A DNA stretch of 55,163 nt. Source: an uncultured Rhizobium sp. Its GTDB lineage: Bacteria; Pseudomonadota; Alphaproteobacteria; Rhizobiales; Rhizobiaceae. Both the position numbers and the translations under genes were made by a program. A model generated the notes under the pieces. The model ran no database searches and was not told the DNA's origin. It worked only from the letters and a program-made list of their open reading frames with translations. Below are positions 17,671 to 26,530 of the stretch, piece after piece. The DNA lies in contig CAMFHT010000001.1 of NCBI GenBank assembly GCA_945952245.1, positions 1-55,163 of the forward strand, read 5' to 3'. Numbering within the stretch: the first letter of the stretch is position 1; each line of letters starts with the position of its first letter.

Positions 17671-19280
17671 CCATGGAGACGAAGACTGTCGGCGAAGTGC
17701 TGATCGATATCCTGGAGGCGAACGGCGTAGACACCGTCTTCGGCATTCCGGGCGTTCACACGGTGGAGCTGTATCGCGGGCTTGCCGGTTCGAAGATAAG
17801 GCACGTCACGCCACGGCATGAGCAGGGTGCGGCCTTCATGGCGGATGGCTATGCACGCGTCTCAGGCAAGCCTGGCGTATGCCTGCTGATCACCGGCCCG
17901 GGCCTCACCAATGCGATTACCGCCATGGCGCAGGCCGGGCAGGATTCGGTGCCGATGCTGGTCATCTCCGGCGTCAACCGGCGCGATTCGCTCGGACACG
18001 GACGCGGCAAGCTGCACGAGCTTCCAGACCAGCGGGCGATGATGGCGAGCTTCTGCCTGATGACCCATACCCTGCTCGAACCCTCCGATCTCGCCGACGT
18101 CATGGCGCGGGCCTTCACCCTTCTCCGCTCCGGTCGTCCCGGCCCCGTTCATATCGAGATCCCGACGGACGTGATGTCGGCGCCGATCCCGGTTCCTGTC
18201 CTGAGGCCCGCGCCGGCGCTCCGGCCCCGGGGCGACATCGCCTCGCTTAAGGAAGCGGCTCGGCTTTGCGAGGCAGCGAAGTCTCCGGTTATCCTCGCCG
18301 GCGGCGGTGCGGCCCGCGATCATCTGGCGATCCACAAGCTTGCCGAACAGCTCGATGCACCCGTCATCACCACGGCCAATGCCCGCGGCCTCATGCCGGA
18401 CCATCCGCTTGCCGTTCCCGCCAGCGCCAGCCTCCAATCCGTCCGCAAGGCTATTGCCGAGGCCGACCTTGTCATCGCGCTCGGCACCCAGTTCGGCCCG
18501 ACGGATTACGATGTCTATGTCGACGGCAAATTCCCCGAGCTCAGCAACGTCATCCACGTAGACGTGGACGCGGCTCAGCTTGGACGCAATCCGCAGACGC
18601 ATCTGCCCATCCTCTCAACGGTCGAGAACATGCTGGGCGATCTGCTCGTGCTGCTCGACGGTTATCAGGCAACCGCACATGGCGCTTCGCGCGCCGAGGC
18701 GCTGAGGGATGCCGCGAGGGCCGAGCTTTCGGCCAAGATGCAGAACGAGGTCTCGATCCTCGAGACGATCAGGGACACGCTGCCCGGCGTCATCATCGTC
18801 GGGGATTCGACGCAGGCCGTCTATGCCGGCAACCTCTATTTTGATGCCGGTCGGCCCTTCGGCTGGTTCAATGCGGCCACCGGCTTTGGCGCCCTCGGTT
18901 ACGGTCCGCCTGCCGCCATCGGCGCTGCGCTCGCGGAGCCGGAAACGCCGGTCGTGTGCCTCACCGGCGATGGCGGGCTGCAGTTCACCCTGGCGGAGAT
19001 CGGTTCGGCACGGGACGTGAAGGCCAAGGTCATCTACCTCGTCTGGAACAATGATGGTTACCAGGAGATCGAGACCTATATGATCGAGAACGGGATTACC
19101 CCTGAAGGGGTGAAACCCTCGGCGCCCGATTTCGTCAGGATCGGCGAGGCCTACGGCCTGCCGTCCGCGCGGCTCGATGACATCTCGGAGCTGCCCGACG
19201 CGCTCAAGGTGGCGGCACGCCATGACGGGCCGACGCTCATCGAACTGCACGAGGGAAAGACGCGGGGTGTCCGCGTCTGA
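17667..19280 (+). CDS. ThDP-dependent decarboxylase, 5-guanidino-2-oxopentanoate decarboxylase AruI-like
   Basis: FGIPGVHTVELYRGL, RHEQGAAFMADGYAR, GKLHELPDQ and the ThDP motif GDGG...WNN. Confidence 0.85.
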   Translation: MTMETKTVGEVLIDILEANGVDTVFGIPGVHTVELYRGLAGSKIRHVTPRHEQGAAFMADGYARVSGKPGVCLLITGPGLTNAITAMAQAGQDSVPMLVISGVNRRDSLGHGRGKLHELPDQRAMMASFCLMTHTLLEPSDLADVMARAFTLLRSGRPGPVHIEIPTDVMSAPIPVPVLRPAPALRPRGDIASLKEAARLCEAAKSPVILAGGGAARDHLAIHKLAEQLDAPVITTANARGLMPDHPLAVPASASLQSVRKAIAEADLVIALGTQFGPTDYDVYVDGKFPELSNVIHVDVDAAQLGRNPQTHLPILSTVENMLGDLLVLLDGYQATAHGASRAEALRDAARAELSAKMQNEVSILETIRDTLPGVIIVGDSTQAVYAGNLYFDAGRPFGWFNAATGFGALGYGPPAAIGAALAEPETPVVCLTGDGGLQFTLAEIGSARDVKAKVIYLVWNNDGYQEIETYMIENGITPEGVKPSAPDFVRIGEAYGLPSARLDDISELPDALKVAARHDGPTLIELHEGKTRGVRV

Positions 19281-19535
19281 TCAGGCTCGGCGTGCCGCCT
19301 CGATCCGGCTCACCCAGTTCTCACCCACATGCCAGCGGCGCATGACGTCCAGCGGATCCTCGTGATCGAGGCGGGCGCAGATGCGGTAGATCTCCAGCGT
19401 CTCCGCATCCATCTCGCCCTTCTGGAAGAAATGCATGGCCGCGGCGTAGCGGGCGCGCCCTGCCCATTCCGTTCCGGGCGGCGCGAGAAGCACCTGCCAG
19501 TGCGGCCGATCCTCTTCCGTCAGCGTGTCGCTCAT
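19281..19535 (-). CDS. Small hypothetical protein (84 aa)
   Basis: GGAGG RBS; starts 13 nt after the GcvT-like stop; its stop abuts the aruI-like stop; protein-like composition. Confidence 0.75.
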   Translation of the reverse strand: MSDTLTEEDRPHWQVLLAPPGTEWAGRARYAAAMHFFQKGEMDAETLEIYRICARLDHEDPLDVMRRWHVGENWVSRIEAARRA

Positions 19536-19548
19536 GCCGCCTCCGTTC

Positions 19549-20769
19549 TCAAAAATCCGCAGGTGGCGTTGTCGTGCGCCGGTCGAGCTTCAGGAAGGGC
19601 CGCGGCACGATCTTCACCCGCTTCATCAGCTTGTGATAGCGCCCTTCGCACAGCGCGTAGATTTCAGCCCAGAGATCCTCGGTCACGGTCGTCCCGAAGG
19701 GACGATCCAGCGAGGCGAGCGCGATGTTGCGCTTCGCCGTCGGCGACCAGATGCCGGCTGTGACGATGCCCGCTTCCCGCTTCTGCCGGTGGTAGATGAT
19801 CGCACCCTCCGCCGGCACGTTGCCCTCGATCTCGAGACCGACGAGGACATGTTTCGCCGTGCCTTTCGCCTGCGCGGACAGGATTGCCCGCTTGCCGTTG
19901 AAATTCGGCTTGTCCGGGTCCACCAGCCAGTCGAGCCCGATCTCGTCCGGCAGACGGGCACGATCGGGGCGGAGCACATGGCTCGCCGTCATGAAGTCCG
20001 CATTGGGCACGATGAAGGCGGCCTCGATGCGGCATTGGTTCAGTGCCTGATAGCCGACGGCGCGAATGCCGTGCAGAGCACCAGCCTCGAAGAGTTGGTC
20101 CCAGAGCGGCAGCGCGAGGCCGTTCTCCACCCAGAGCTCGTAGCCGAGATCACCGGTAAACCCGGTGCGCGAGACGGTCACCGTGCCTTCGCCGAGCGAA
20201 TAGCGGGCAATCTGGAACGGCTTCAGCTGCTCCACGCCGATAAAGCCCATGTTCTTGAGGATGCGGCAGCTGGTCGGCCCCTGAAGCGCAAGGCCGGCGA
20301 CATGATGCGTTTCTTCCTCGATTGCGACTTCGAATCCAAAAGCCGCGTCCGTCAACCAGTCATACTGCTTGTCCTGGCAGCACAGGCGAAAATCGTCTGC
20401 GCCCAGCCGGAACAGGGTGCCGTCGTCGATGACATGGCCGAAGTCGTTGCACCAGCAGGTGTAATGTACGCGGTCCACGGCCAGTTTCCGCACGTCGCGC
20501 ACGGTCAGATAGTTGAGGAACCGCTCGGCATCCGCGCCGGTGATACGGTACTTGTTCATCGGCGTGACGTCGAACACGCCTGCTGCATTCCGGAGCGCCG
20601 TATACTCGGCCTCCACGTCACCGAGCGAATGGGCAGCCTTGTAACCGGCCCAGACATACCAGTCCGGATAGCGGCTGAGGGCATCGAAGCGAGGCTCGAA
20701 GGGCGTCTCGGCAATGGGTTGGTCGATGTGTGTCTGCAGGGCCTTGAGGACCGAGGCGTTCATGGTCAT
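19549..20769 (-). CDS. GcvT-like folate-binding aminomethyltransferase family protein
   Basis: EYTALRNAAGVFDVTPM, GHVIDDGT, LQGP, SRTGFTGDLGYELW, RIEA. ATGA overlap with the upstream gene. Confidence 0.9.
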   Translation of the reverse strand: MTMNASVLKALQTHIDQPIAETPFEPRFDALSRYPDWYVWAGYKAAHSLGDVEAEYTALRNAAGVFDVTPMNKYRITGADAERFLNYLTVRDVRKLAVDRVHYTCWCNDFGHVIDDGTLFRLGADDFRLCCQDKQYDWLTDAAFGFEVAIEEETHHVAGLALQGPTSCRILKNMGFIGVEQLKPFQIARYSLGEGTVTVSRTGFTGDLGYELWVENGLALPLWDQLFEAGALHGIRAVGYQALNQCRIEAAFIVPNADFMTASHVLRPDRARLPDEIGLDWLVDPDKPNFNGKRAILSAQAKGTAKHVLVGLEIEGNVPAEGAIIYHRQKREAGIVTAGIWSPTAKRNIALASLDRPFGTTVTEDLWAEIYALCEGRYHKLMKRVKIVPRPFLKLDRRTTTPPADF

Positions 20770-22328
20770 CGGCGGTCTCCGGAGAGAATGTGGCGGGCGG
20801 CGAGCAGACCCGGCAGTCCCGAAAGGCCGCCACCCGGATGGGCACCGGCGCTGGCGAGATAGAGCCCGCCGATGGGTGTCGAATAGCCCGAGGCGAGATC
20901 CGTTGGCCGGTTCACCAGCAACTGGTCCACCTGCAGCTCGCCGTGATGCCAATGGCCACCGGGCATGTTGTAACGAGCCTCGATATCCCGAGGCGTCTGC
21001 AGGTCCTTGCCAACGACAAGAGCGCCAATGCCCGGGGCATGGCGCTCCAGCACCGCCATGACAGCCTGTTCGAAGAGTGGTTTCCCGGTCTCCCAGCCCA
21101 TTTTCAGACGGTAGGGCGCATACTGGATGAGTGCCGACAAAACGGCGCCCCCCGCGGGTGCAAGGGAGGGATCGGCAAGGCTCGGCAGCGTGATCTCCAT
21201 CACCGGATCGGGTGAGAACTCGCCATATTTCGCGGGGTTGAACGCCTCGTCCACATGCCGGGCGGAACGGGCGATCACGATGCGGCCACGGTGATCCCGC
21301 TCGGACACGCCCGTGAAGCGTGGGAGGGCGGAGAGCGCGAGGTCAAGCTTGGCGACATTGCCCTCGGAGCGGACATTGCGGATCTGCTTCTTGAAGACGG
21401 TGTCGATGTCGGCGGGGTCGGCAAGGTCGAGAAAGACCGATTTCGGATGGATCGCCGCGACGACGAGATCACCGGCAATGGTTTCGCCATTTAGCAGTTC
21501 GATCCCCGCAATCTTGCCATTTGCCGTCAGCAGTCGGCGAACGGACGCATTCGTCCGGATGGTTACACCGGCCCTCTTCGCAGAGTCGGCAAAGGCTGCG
21601 CCGAGCGCCCCCATGCCCCCCTTTGGGATGAACTGCCCGCCGGCGAGGCCGCCGGCTTCCCCTGTCAGTCGGTAGTAGAGACCGAGCAGGGACGTGGGTG
21701 AACGCGGTCCGAGATGCACACCGAGCGTGGCGTCGAAGGCCAGCAGCGCCTTCAGACGTTCGTCGGCGAGATATTCCTCGGCGACATCGGCGACGTTCAT
21801 CAGCACCATGCGCAAGAAATCGCGCGCTTCTTCCTTGCCGCGGGAAATCAGGCTCATTCCGGCAAGGCCGAAATCCTTGATGTCCGTGCCTGACATCTTG
21901 CCGATCTCGGGTGGCCGGCGCTTCAGGAAACGCTTGAGGATTGACGCCTGGAACAGAAGCTTCGCCTTCAGGCTCTGGAAGGCCCGGGCTTCCGCCTCCG
22001 TCACGCCCTCGATGCCTGCCGAACCATAGGCCCCGCGCAGCACCGCCGGCTCCCGACCCTCCGAAAGCACGACCGTCGGCAGAAGCTCTCCGCTGGCCAC
22101 CTCTGCCGGGAGGCGCAAAAGCCTGGCAACATCCGGATCCAGCCGGTTGACGATATGGGCAAGGCCGCTGCTGCGGTAACCGGGCGCAAATTCCGCGGTG
22201 CGGGCTCCACCGCCCACAAAGTCGCTGGCTTCCAGCGCCAGCACCTTCCGGCCCGCCTCCGCGAGCAGGGTTGCGGCGGTCAGGCCGTTATGGCCCGCGC
22301 CGATCACGATCGCATCACAGGACGTCAT
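20766..22328 (-). CDS. Phytoene desaturase family FAD-dependent oxidoreductase (copy B)
   Basis: IGAGHNGL...VGGG, PKGGMG, TPRDIE...GGHWHHGE, GAHPGGG. Confidence 0.9.
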   Translation of the reverse strand: MTSCDAIVIGAGHNGLTAATLLAEAGRKVLALEASDFVGGGARTAEFAPGYRSSGLAHIVNRLDPDVARLLRLPAEVASGELLPTVVLSEGREPAVLRGAYGSAGIEGVTEAEARAFQSLKAKLLFQASILKRFLKRRPPEIGKMSGTDIKDFGLAGMSLISRGKEEARDFLRMVLMNVADVAEEYLADERLKALLAFDATLGVHLGPRSPTSLLGLYYRLTGEAGGLAGGQFIPKGGMGALGAAFADSAKRAGVTIRTNASVRRLLTANGKIAGIELLNGETIAGDLVVAAIHPKSVFLDLADPADIDTVFKKQIRNVRSEGNVAKLDLALSALPRFTGVSERDHRGRIVIARSARHVDEAFNPAKYGEFSPDPVMEITLPSLADPSLAPAGGAVLSALIQYAPYRLKMGWETGKPLFEQAVMAVLERHAPGIGALVVGKDLQTPRDIEARYNMPGGHWHHGELQVDQLLVNRPTDLASGYSTPIGGLYLASAGAHPGGGLSGLPGLLAARHILSGDRR

Positions 22329-23940
22329 GGGCCGCACTCATTTCTTTCGGGGAAAGCTTCAGGTCGCGCAGGATCTCCGCCGCCGCATTGCGCCCCGGCG
22401 CTCCCATGACGCCGCCACCCGGATGGGTGGAGGAGCCGCAGATGTAGAGGCCCTCGATCGGGCTCCGGTACTGCGCATAGCCCGGCACGGGGCGGTTGAA
22501 GAGGATCTGGTCGAAGGTCAGCTCGCCCTGGAAGATATTGCCTTCGGTCAGGCCCACCTCCGCTTCCAGTTCGCGCGGGGTGCGCACTTCCATGTGGATG
22601 ATGCGGTCGCGGAAGCCGGGCGAATAGGCCGCGATCTGGGAAATCACCGATTCTGCGAAGGCGTCCCGGTCCTGGTCCGTCCAGTCGCGCCCTTCCACCT
22701 TTGGCGGGCAATATTGTGTGAAGCAGCTCATGAAATGCTTGCCCGGCGGCGCCATGGTGGGGTCGATCCGGGTCGGGATCATTAGGTCGATCATCGGATC
22801 GGCCGACCAGCGCTCCGCCTTCCAGTCGTCATAGGCGCGCTCCATCCGCTCGATCGAATCGGTGAAGTGGAGGTCGCCCTTCGTGCAGGGAGAGTTCGCG
22901 GGAAGCGCGGGGAAATCGGGCAGGCTGTCGAGCGCGATGTTCACCTTGCCGGAGGAGCCGCGCATCTTGAAGTTCCGGACCCGGTTGAGGAACCTGTCCG
23001 GCAGGTCGGACGGCGCGACGAGCTTGAGGAAGGTGCGCTTCACGTCCGCATTGGAAACGACCATCTTGCCGCGGATCTCTTCGCCATTCGCCAGCACCAC
23101 ACCACAGGCCCGGCCCTGGCGCGTCAGGACCTGCTGGACGTCCGCGCCTGTGCGGATCGTGCCGCCGGAGGCCTGGAAGGAGGCGGCTAGCGCCTTCGAG
23201 ATCGCACCCATGCCGCCACGCGCGAAACCCCATGCGCCGACCGAGCCATCGACCTCGCCCATGTAGTGATGCAGCAGTACATAGGCCGTACCCGGCGATT
23301 TGGGCCCGAGCGCCGTGCCGATGATGCCGGAGATGGCGAGGAAGGCCTTGAGCACGTCCGTCTCGAAGTATTCATCGAGGAAATCCGAGATCGACATGGT
23401 CCAGAAGCGGATGGTCTGGGCGAGGTCGTGGGCGCTCATCTCTCCGAACTTTCGGGCGAGGAACAGAAGTTCCTGGATGTCGCGCGGCTTGAAGCTGAAG
23501 GGATCGGGCGCCGTGCGCATCAGCAGCGGCTGGATGAACCGGCACTGGCGCGTCACGTCGCGCGCATAGCGGTCATAGGCCTCGGCATCCTTCTTCGAGA
23601 AGCGGGCGATCTCGCGCTGATGGGGATAATGCTCGCGGTAATTGGCAAGATAGTCGCCGTCGCGCGTCAGCACCGCCCCGCCTTCATAGGGCAGCACCTG
23701 CAGGCCGTGTTTCGGCAGTTCCAGATCGCGCATGATCTCGGGCCGGAACAGGCTGCAGACATAGGAGCAGTTTGAATAGAGGAAGCCGGGCGTGAGGCTT
23801 CGGCTGACGGCAGCGCCGCCTACCCAGTCGTTCTTCTCCACGACGAGAACGTCGAGCCCTGCCTTCTGCAGGTAGCAGGCGGTGACGAGCCCGTTATGGC
23901 CGCCTCCCACGATGATGGCATCATAGGTTTTCAAACGCAT
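22315..23940 (-). CDS. Phytoene desaturase family FAD-dependent oxidoreductase (copy A)
   Basis: VGGGHNGL...VGGAA, ARGGMG, TPRELE...GNIFQGE, STHPGGGVMGAPG. GAGGAG RBS. Confidence 0.92.
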   Translation of the reverse strand: MRLKTYDAIIVGGGHNGLVTACYLQKAGLDVLVVEKNDWVGGAAVSRSLTPGFLYSNCSYVCSLFRPEIMRDLELPKHGLQVLPYEGGAVLTRDGDYLANYREHYPHQREIARFSKKDAEAYDRYARDVTRQCRFIQPLLMRTAPDPFSFKPRDIQELLFLARKFGEMSAHDLAQTIRFWTMSISDFLDEYFETDVLKAFLAISGIIGTALGPKSPGTAYVLLHHYMGEVDGSVGAWGFARGGMGAISKALAASFQASGGTIRTGADVQQVLTRQGRACGVVLANGEEIRGKMVVSNADVKRTFLKLVAPSDLPDRFLNRVRNFKMRGSSGKVNIALDSLPDFPALPANSPCTKGDLHFTDSIERMERAYDDWKAERWSADPMIDLMIPTRIDPTMAPPGKHFMSCFTQYCPPKVEGRDWTDQDRDAFAESVISQIAAYSPGFRDRIIHMEVRTPRELEAEVGLTEGNIFQGELTFDQILFNRPVPGYAQYRSPIEGLYICGSSTHPGGGVMGAPGRNAAAEILRDLKLSPKEMSAAHDVL

Positions 23941-23998
23941 CTCCTCCTCGCAAGGCTGGCGGAGGATTGCATACGGAACGCAGGCTGTCCAGAGATAA

Positions 23999-24012
23999 TG
24001 AATGAACGTTCA
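23999..24012. promoter_or_regulatory. Operator-like box 1 TGAATGAACGTTCA
   Basis: TGAA-N6-TTCA palindrome 58 nt upstream of the flavoprotein operon; repeated at 24966 and 27759. Confidence 0.7.
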
Positions 24013-24269
24013 GAAAGAATTTTCAAGTTGTTGTTTTGTTTTTGTTATTTACAAAATTCTCCTAAAAAATCTTGGGGTATCCATCATCAGATCTCTGTAG
24101 AGGCCGCTCAGCCTGGGTCAGTCCTCTCAATCAGCCCTCTCGCCAAGGCCGAAAGGCCAACTTGAATACGCGCTTTGCCCGCTTTATGTGGAACACGGCC
24201 CATCATGCCCATCTCCGCCTGCCATCCCGGCGAGGCCAGACGTCGCCCCTAGGAGAGAAGACCGCAATC

Positions 24270-24929
24270 ATGACCACCGCTTCCACGAGAGAACCGGAAA
24301 AGCGCGGCCGCAAGGCAACCAAGGAAACCCGCCAGCAGCAGTTGATCGAAGCGACCATCGATAGCCTCGCCAAGCGCGGCTACGCCGACACCACGCTCGC
24401 GGACGTGGCGGATGGTGCGGGCCTTTCGCGGGGCATCGTCAACTTTCACTTCGAGAGCAAGGAAAAGCTCCTGATCGCCACGCTTCAGTACATGGCGAAC
24501 GAGTATCACCAGAACTGGCTGGCTCTTCTCGAAAAGGCGGGCGACCGGGCTGCAGACCGGCTCTGGGCGCTCTGCGGAGCTGATTTCGACCGGAAAATCT
24601 GCACCAAGCGCAAGATCGCAGCCTGGTGCGCCTTCTGGGGCGAAGCGAAATCCCGACCCACCTACCAGGCGCTGTGCGGCGCTTCCGATCTGCAATATGT
24701 CGCGACCTTCGGGGAGATCTGCGCCGAGATCGAGAAGGAGGGCGGCTATGGCAGCAATGCCGATTCCATCGCCCGAGGACTCTGCGCCATGATCGAAGGT
24801 CTCTGGCTGCGGCTGATGATGGGAGATGGCCTGACCCGCGAGAAAGCGCTCTCGACCGTCCAGGATTTCGTCGCCACCGTCTACCCGAAGCACTTCGACA
24901 CGAGCGGTCCGCGCGATACGAAGTTTTGA
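24270..24929 (+). CDS. TetR family transcriptional regulator (BetI-like)
   Basis: RQQQLIEATIDSLAKRGYADTTLADVADGAGLSRGIVNFHF HTH; AWCAFW and IEGLWL motifs. Confidence 0.93.
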   Translation: MTTASTREPEKRGRKATKETRQQQLIEATIDSLAKRGYADTTLADVADGAGLSRGIVNFHFESKEKLLIATLQYMANEYHQNWLALLEKAGDRAADRLWALCGADFDRKICTKRKIAAWCAFWGEAKSRPTYQALCGASDLQYVATFGEICAEIEKEGGYGSNADSIARGLCAMIEGLWLRLMMGDGLTREKALSTVQDFVATVYPKHFDTSGPRDTKF

Positions 24930-24965
24930 AAACTGCCTTGCCAGATAAGAACCGCTCTGCCAAAC

Positions 24966-24979
24966 TGAATGAACGTTTA
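24966..24979. promoter_or_regulatory. Operator-like box 2 TGAATGAACGTTTA
   Basis: 13/14 identical to box 1; upstream of the class III aminotransferase. Confidence 0.65.
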
Positions 24980-25045
24980 GAATAAATGGCCGGGAAGAAT
25001 ATTGCTTTTCCTCGCTGTTTCGTTCTGAGTTCAGGAGGTATGTCT

Positions 25046-26455
25046 ATGGCCGTGCAGAAGAAACCGGTTGTCGTCGAAGAACTTCGCAATGACAGGGAAG
25101 GCGCCCCCGCGCCTCTGATCCAGCCTTGGCCGTCCTCGGGTTCCATGGGTGCAGAAACCCGCGGTCTCCTCACCGGCTCCGATGGCATCTACGTCCGCGA
25201 TGCCGAAGGGCGGGAGCTGATCGATGGTCCCGCCGGCATGTGGTGCGTGAACGTCGGGCACCGCAACGAGGCCCTGATCTCCGCCATGAGCGAACAGGCC
25301 CGCGACCTCACCTACAATTCGCCCTGGTATACGACGACCAGCCCTGCCGACCGGCTGGCCGAGGAGCTGGCGGCGCGTGCACCCGGCGATCTCGATCACG
25401 TCTTCTTCACGACGGGCGGCTCTTCCGCCGTGGAGACCGCTCTTCGGCTGATGCAGTTCGCCAACAATGTCCGCGGGCGGCCGGAAAAGAAGCTCATCGT
25501 CTCGCGCCAGGCCGGCTATCACGGCTCGACCTATCTCTCCGCCTCGCTGAACGGAAGGCCGCGCGACCATGACTGGATGGATTCAGCGAGCCATCTGGTG
25601 CGCAAGCTGACGGCGCCCGATCCATTCCGCCGACCGGAAGGCATGGATCTCGAAGCCTTCGAGGATTTCCTGGTCGAAGAGTTCGCTGCGCTCATCCGGA
25701 AGGAAGGCGCAGACCGAATCGGTGCCTTCGTCGCCGAGCCCGTTCAGGCCTCCGGCGGCGTGATCGTTCCGCCAAAGGGATATCTGCCCCGGATGGCGGA
25801 ACTCTGCCGTCGAAACGATATCCTCTACATATCGGACGAAGTGGTGACGGCCTTCGGGCGCCTGGGCTCCGTCTTCGCGTCTAGCGACGTCTTCGGGATA
25901 CAGCCGGACATGATCACCTTCGCCAAGGGCGTGACGTCAGGCTATTTCCCGCTCGGCGGCGTCATGGTCTCTGCCGCTCTACTGGAATCGATCCGTTCGA
26001 GCGAACACACGGACGCCATGTTCTCCCACGGGCTTACCTATTCCAGCCACCCGATCGGCTGCGCCGTGGCGCTCAAGAACCTGGAGCTGCTGGAAGATGG
26101 CATTCTCGATCACGTCAGGGAAATCTCGCCCTATTTCCTCGAAAGCCTGAAGCGGCTGGAAAAACACGATCTCGTCGGCGAAGTCCGCGGCATGGGGCTG
26201 ATGGCCTGTATCGAATGCGTGGCAGATCGCGAGGGCAAGAACCCGCTGGCACTCGATCTGGAAGTGGGCAAGCGGATCGACCGCCATGCGCAGGAGCTCG
26301 GGCTTCTGGTGCGTCCGCTGATCAACATGTGCGTCATGTCGCCGCCGCTCACGATCGACCGCAGCCAGATCGACCGGATGGCCGATATCCTCGATCAATC
26401 CATCCGCAGCACCATGGACGATCTGACCCGCGAGGGCTTGTGGAAGGGGCGCTGA
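25046..26455 (+). CDS. Class III PLP aminotransferase (omega-amino acid/diamine type)
   Basis: GMWCVNVGH, TTGGSSAVE, YHGST, EPVQASGG, DEVVTAFGRLG, TFAKG. AGGAGG RBS 7 nt before ATG 25046. Confidence 0.93.
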   Translation: MAVQKKPVVVEELRNDREGAPAPLIQPWPSSGSMGAETRGLLTGSDGIYVRDAEGRELIDGPAGMWCVNVGHRNEALISAMSEQARDLTYNSPWYTTTSPADRLAEELAARAPGDLDHVFFTTGGSSAVETALRLMQFANNVRGRPEKKLIVSRQAGYHGSTYLSASLNGRPRDHDWMDSASHLVRKLTAPDPFRRPEGMDLEAFEDFLVEEFAALIRKEGADRIGAFVAEPVQASGGVIVPPKGYLPRMAELCRRNDILYISDEVVTAFGRLGSVFASSDVFGIQPDMITFAKGVTSGYFPLGGVMVSAALLESIRSSEHTDAMFSHGLTYSSHPIGCAVALKNLELLEDGILDHVREISPYFLESLKRLEKHDLVGEVRGMGLMACIECVADREGKNPLALDLEVGKRIDRHAQELGLLVRPLINMCVMSPPLTIDRSQIDRMADILDQSIRSTMDDLTREGLWKGR

Positions 26456-26482
26456 CCGCCCCGGCCCGTTCCCAAATGAGAA

Positions 26483-26509
26483 AGCCCGCGGTCATTGAAG
26501 CCGCGGGCT
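26483..26509. terminator. Hairpin between convergent aminotransferase and Rieske genes
   Basis: AGCCCGCGG-N9-CCGCGGGCT, preceded by an A-rich stretch. Confidence 0.6.
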
Positions 26510-26530
26510 CATGATTTTCCGGTTTGTCGT

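Noticed and set aside
20766-23940. Carotenoid or hopanoid biosynthesis suggested by phytoene desaturase similarity
   Set aside because: No crtB/crtE/crtY or hpn genes adjacent; the context is amine and C1 catabolism.
24072-24269. N-terminal extension of TetR, or structured RNA with a GGCC-GAAA-GGCC hairpin
   Set aside because: The extension is not protein-like, and one 4-bp hairpin is insufficient evidence for an ncRNA.
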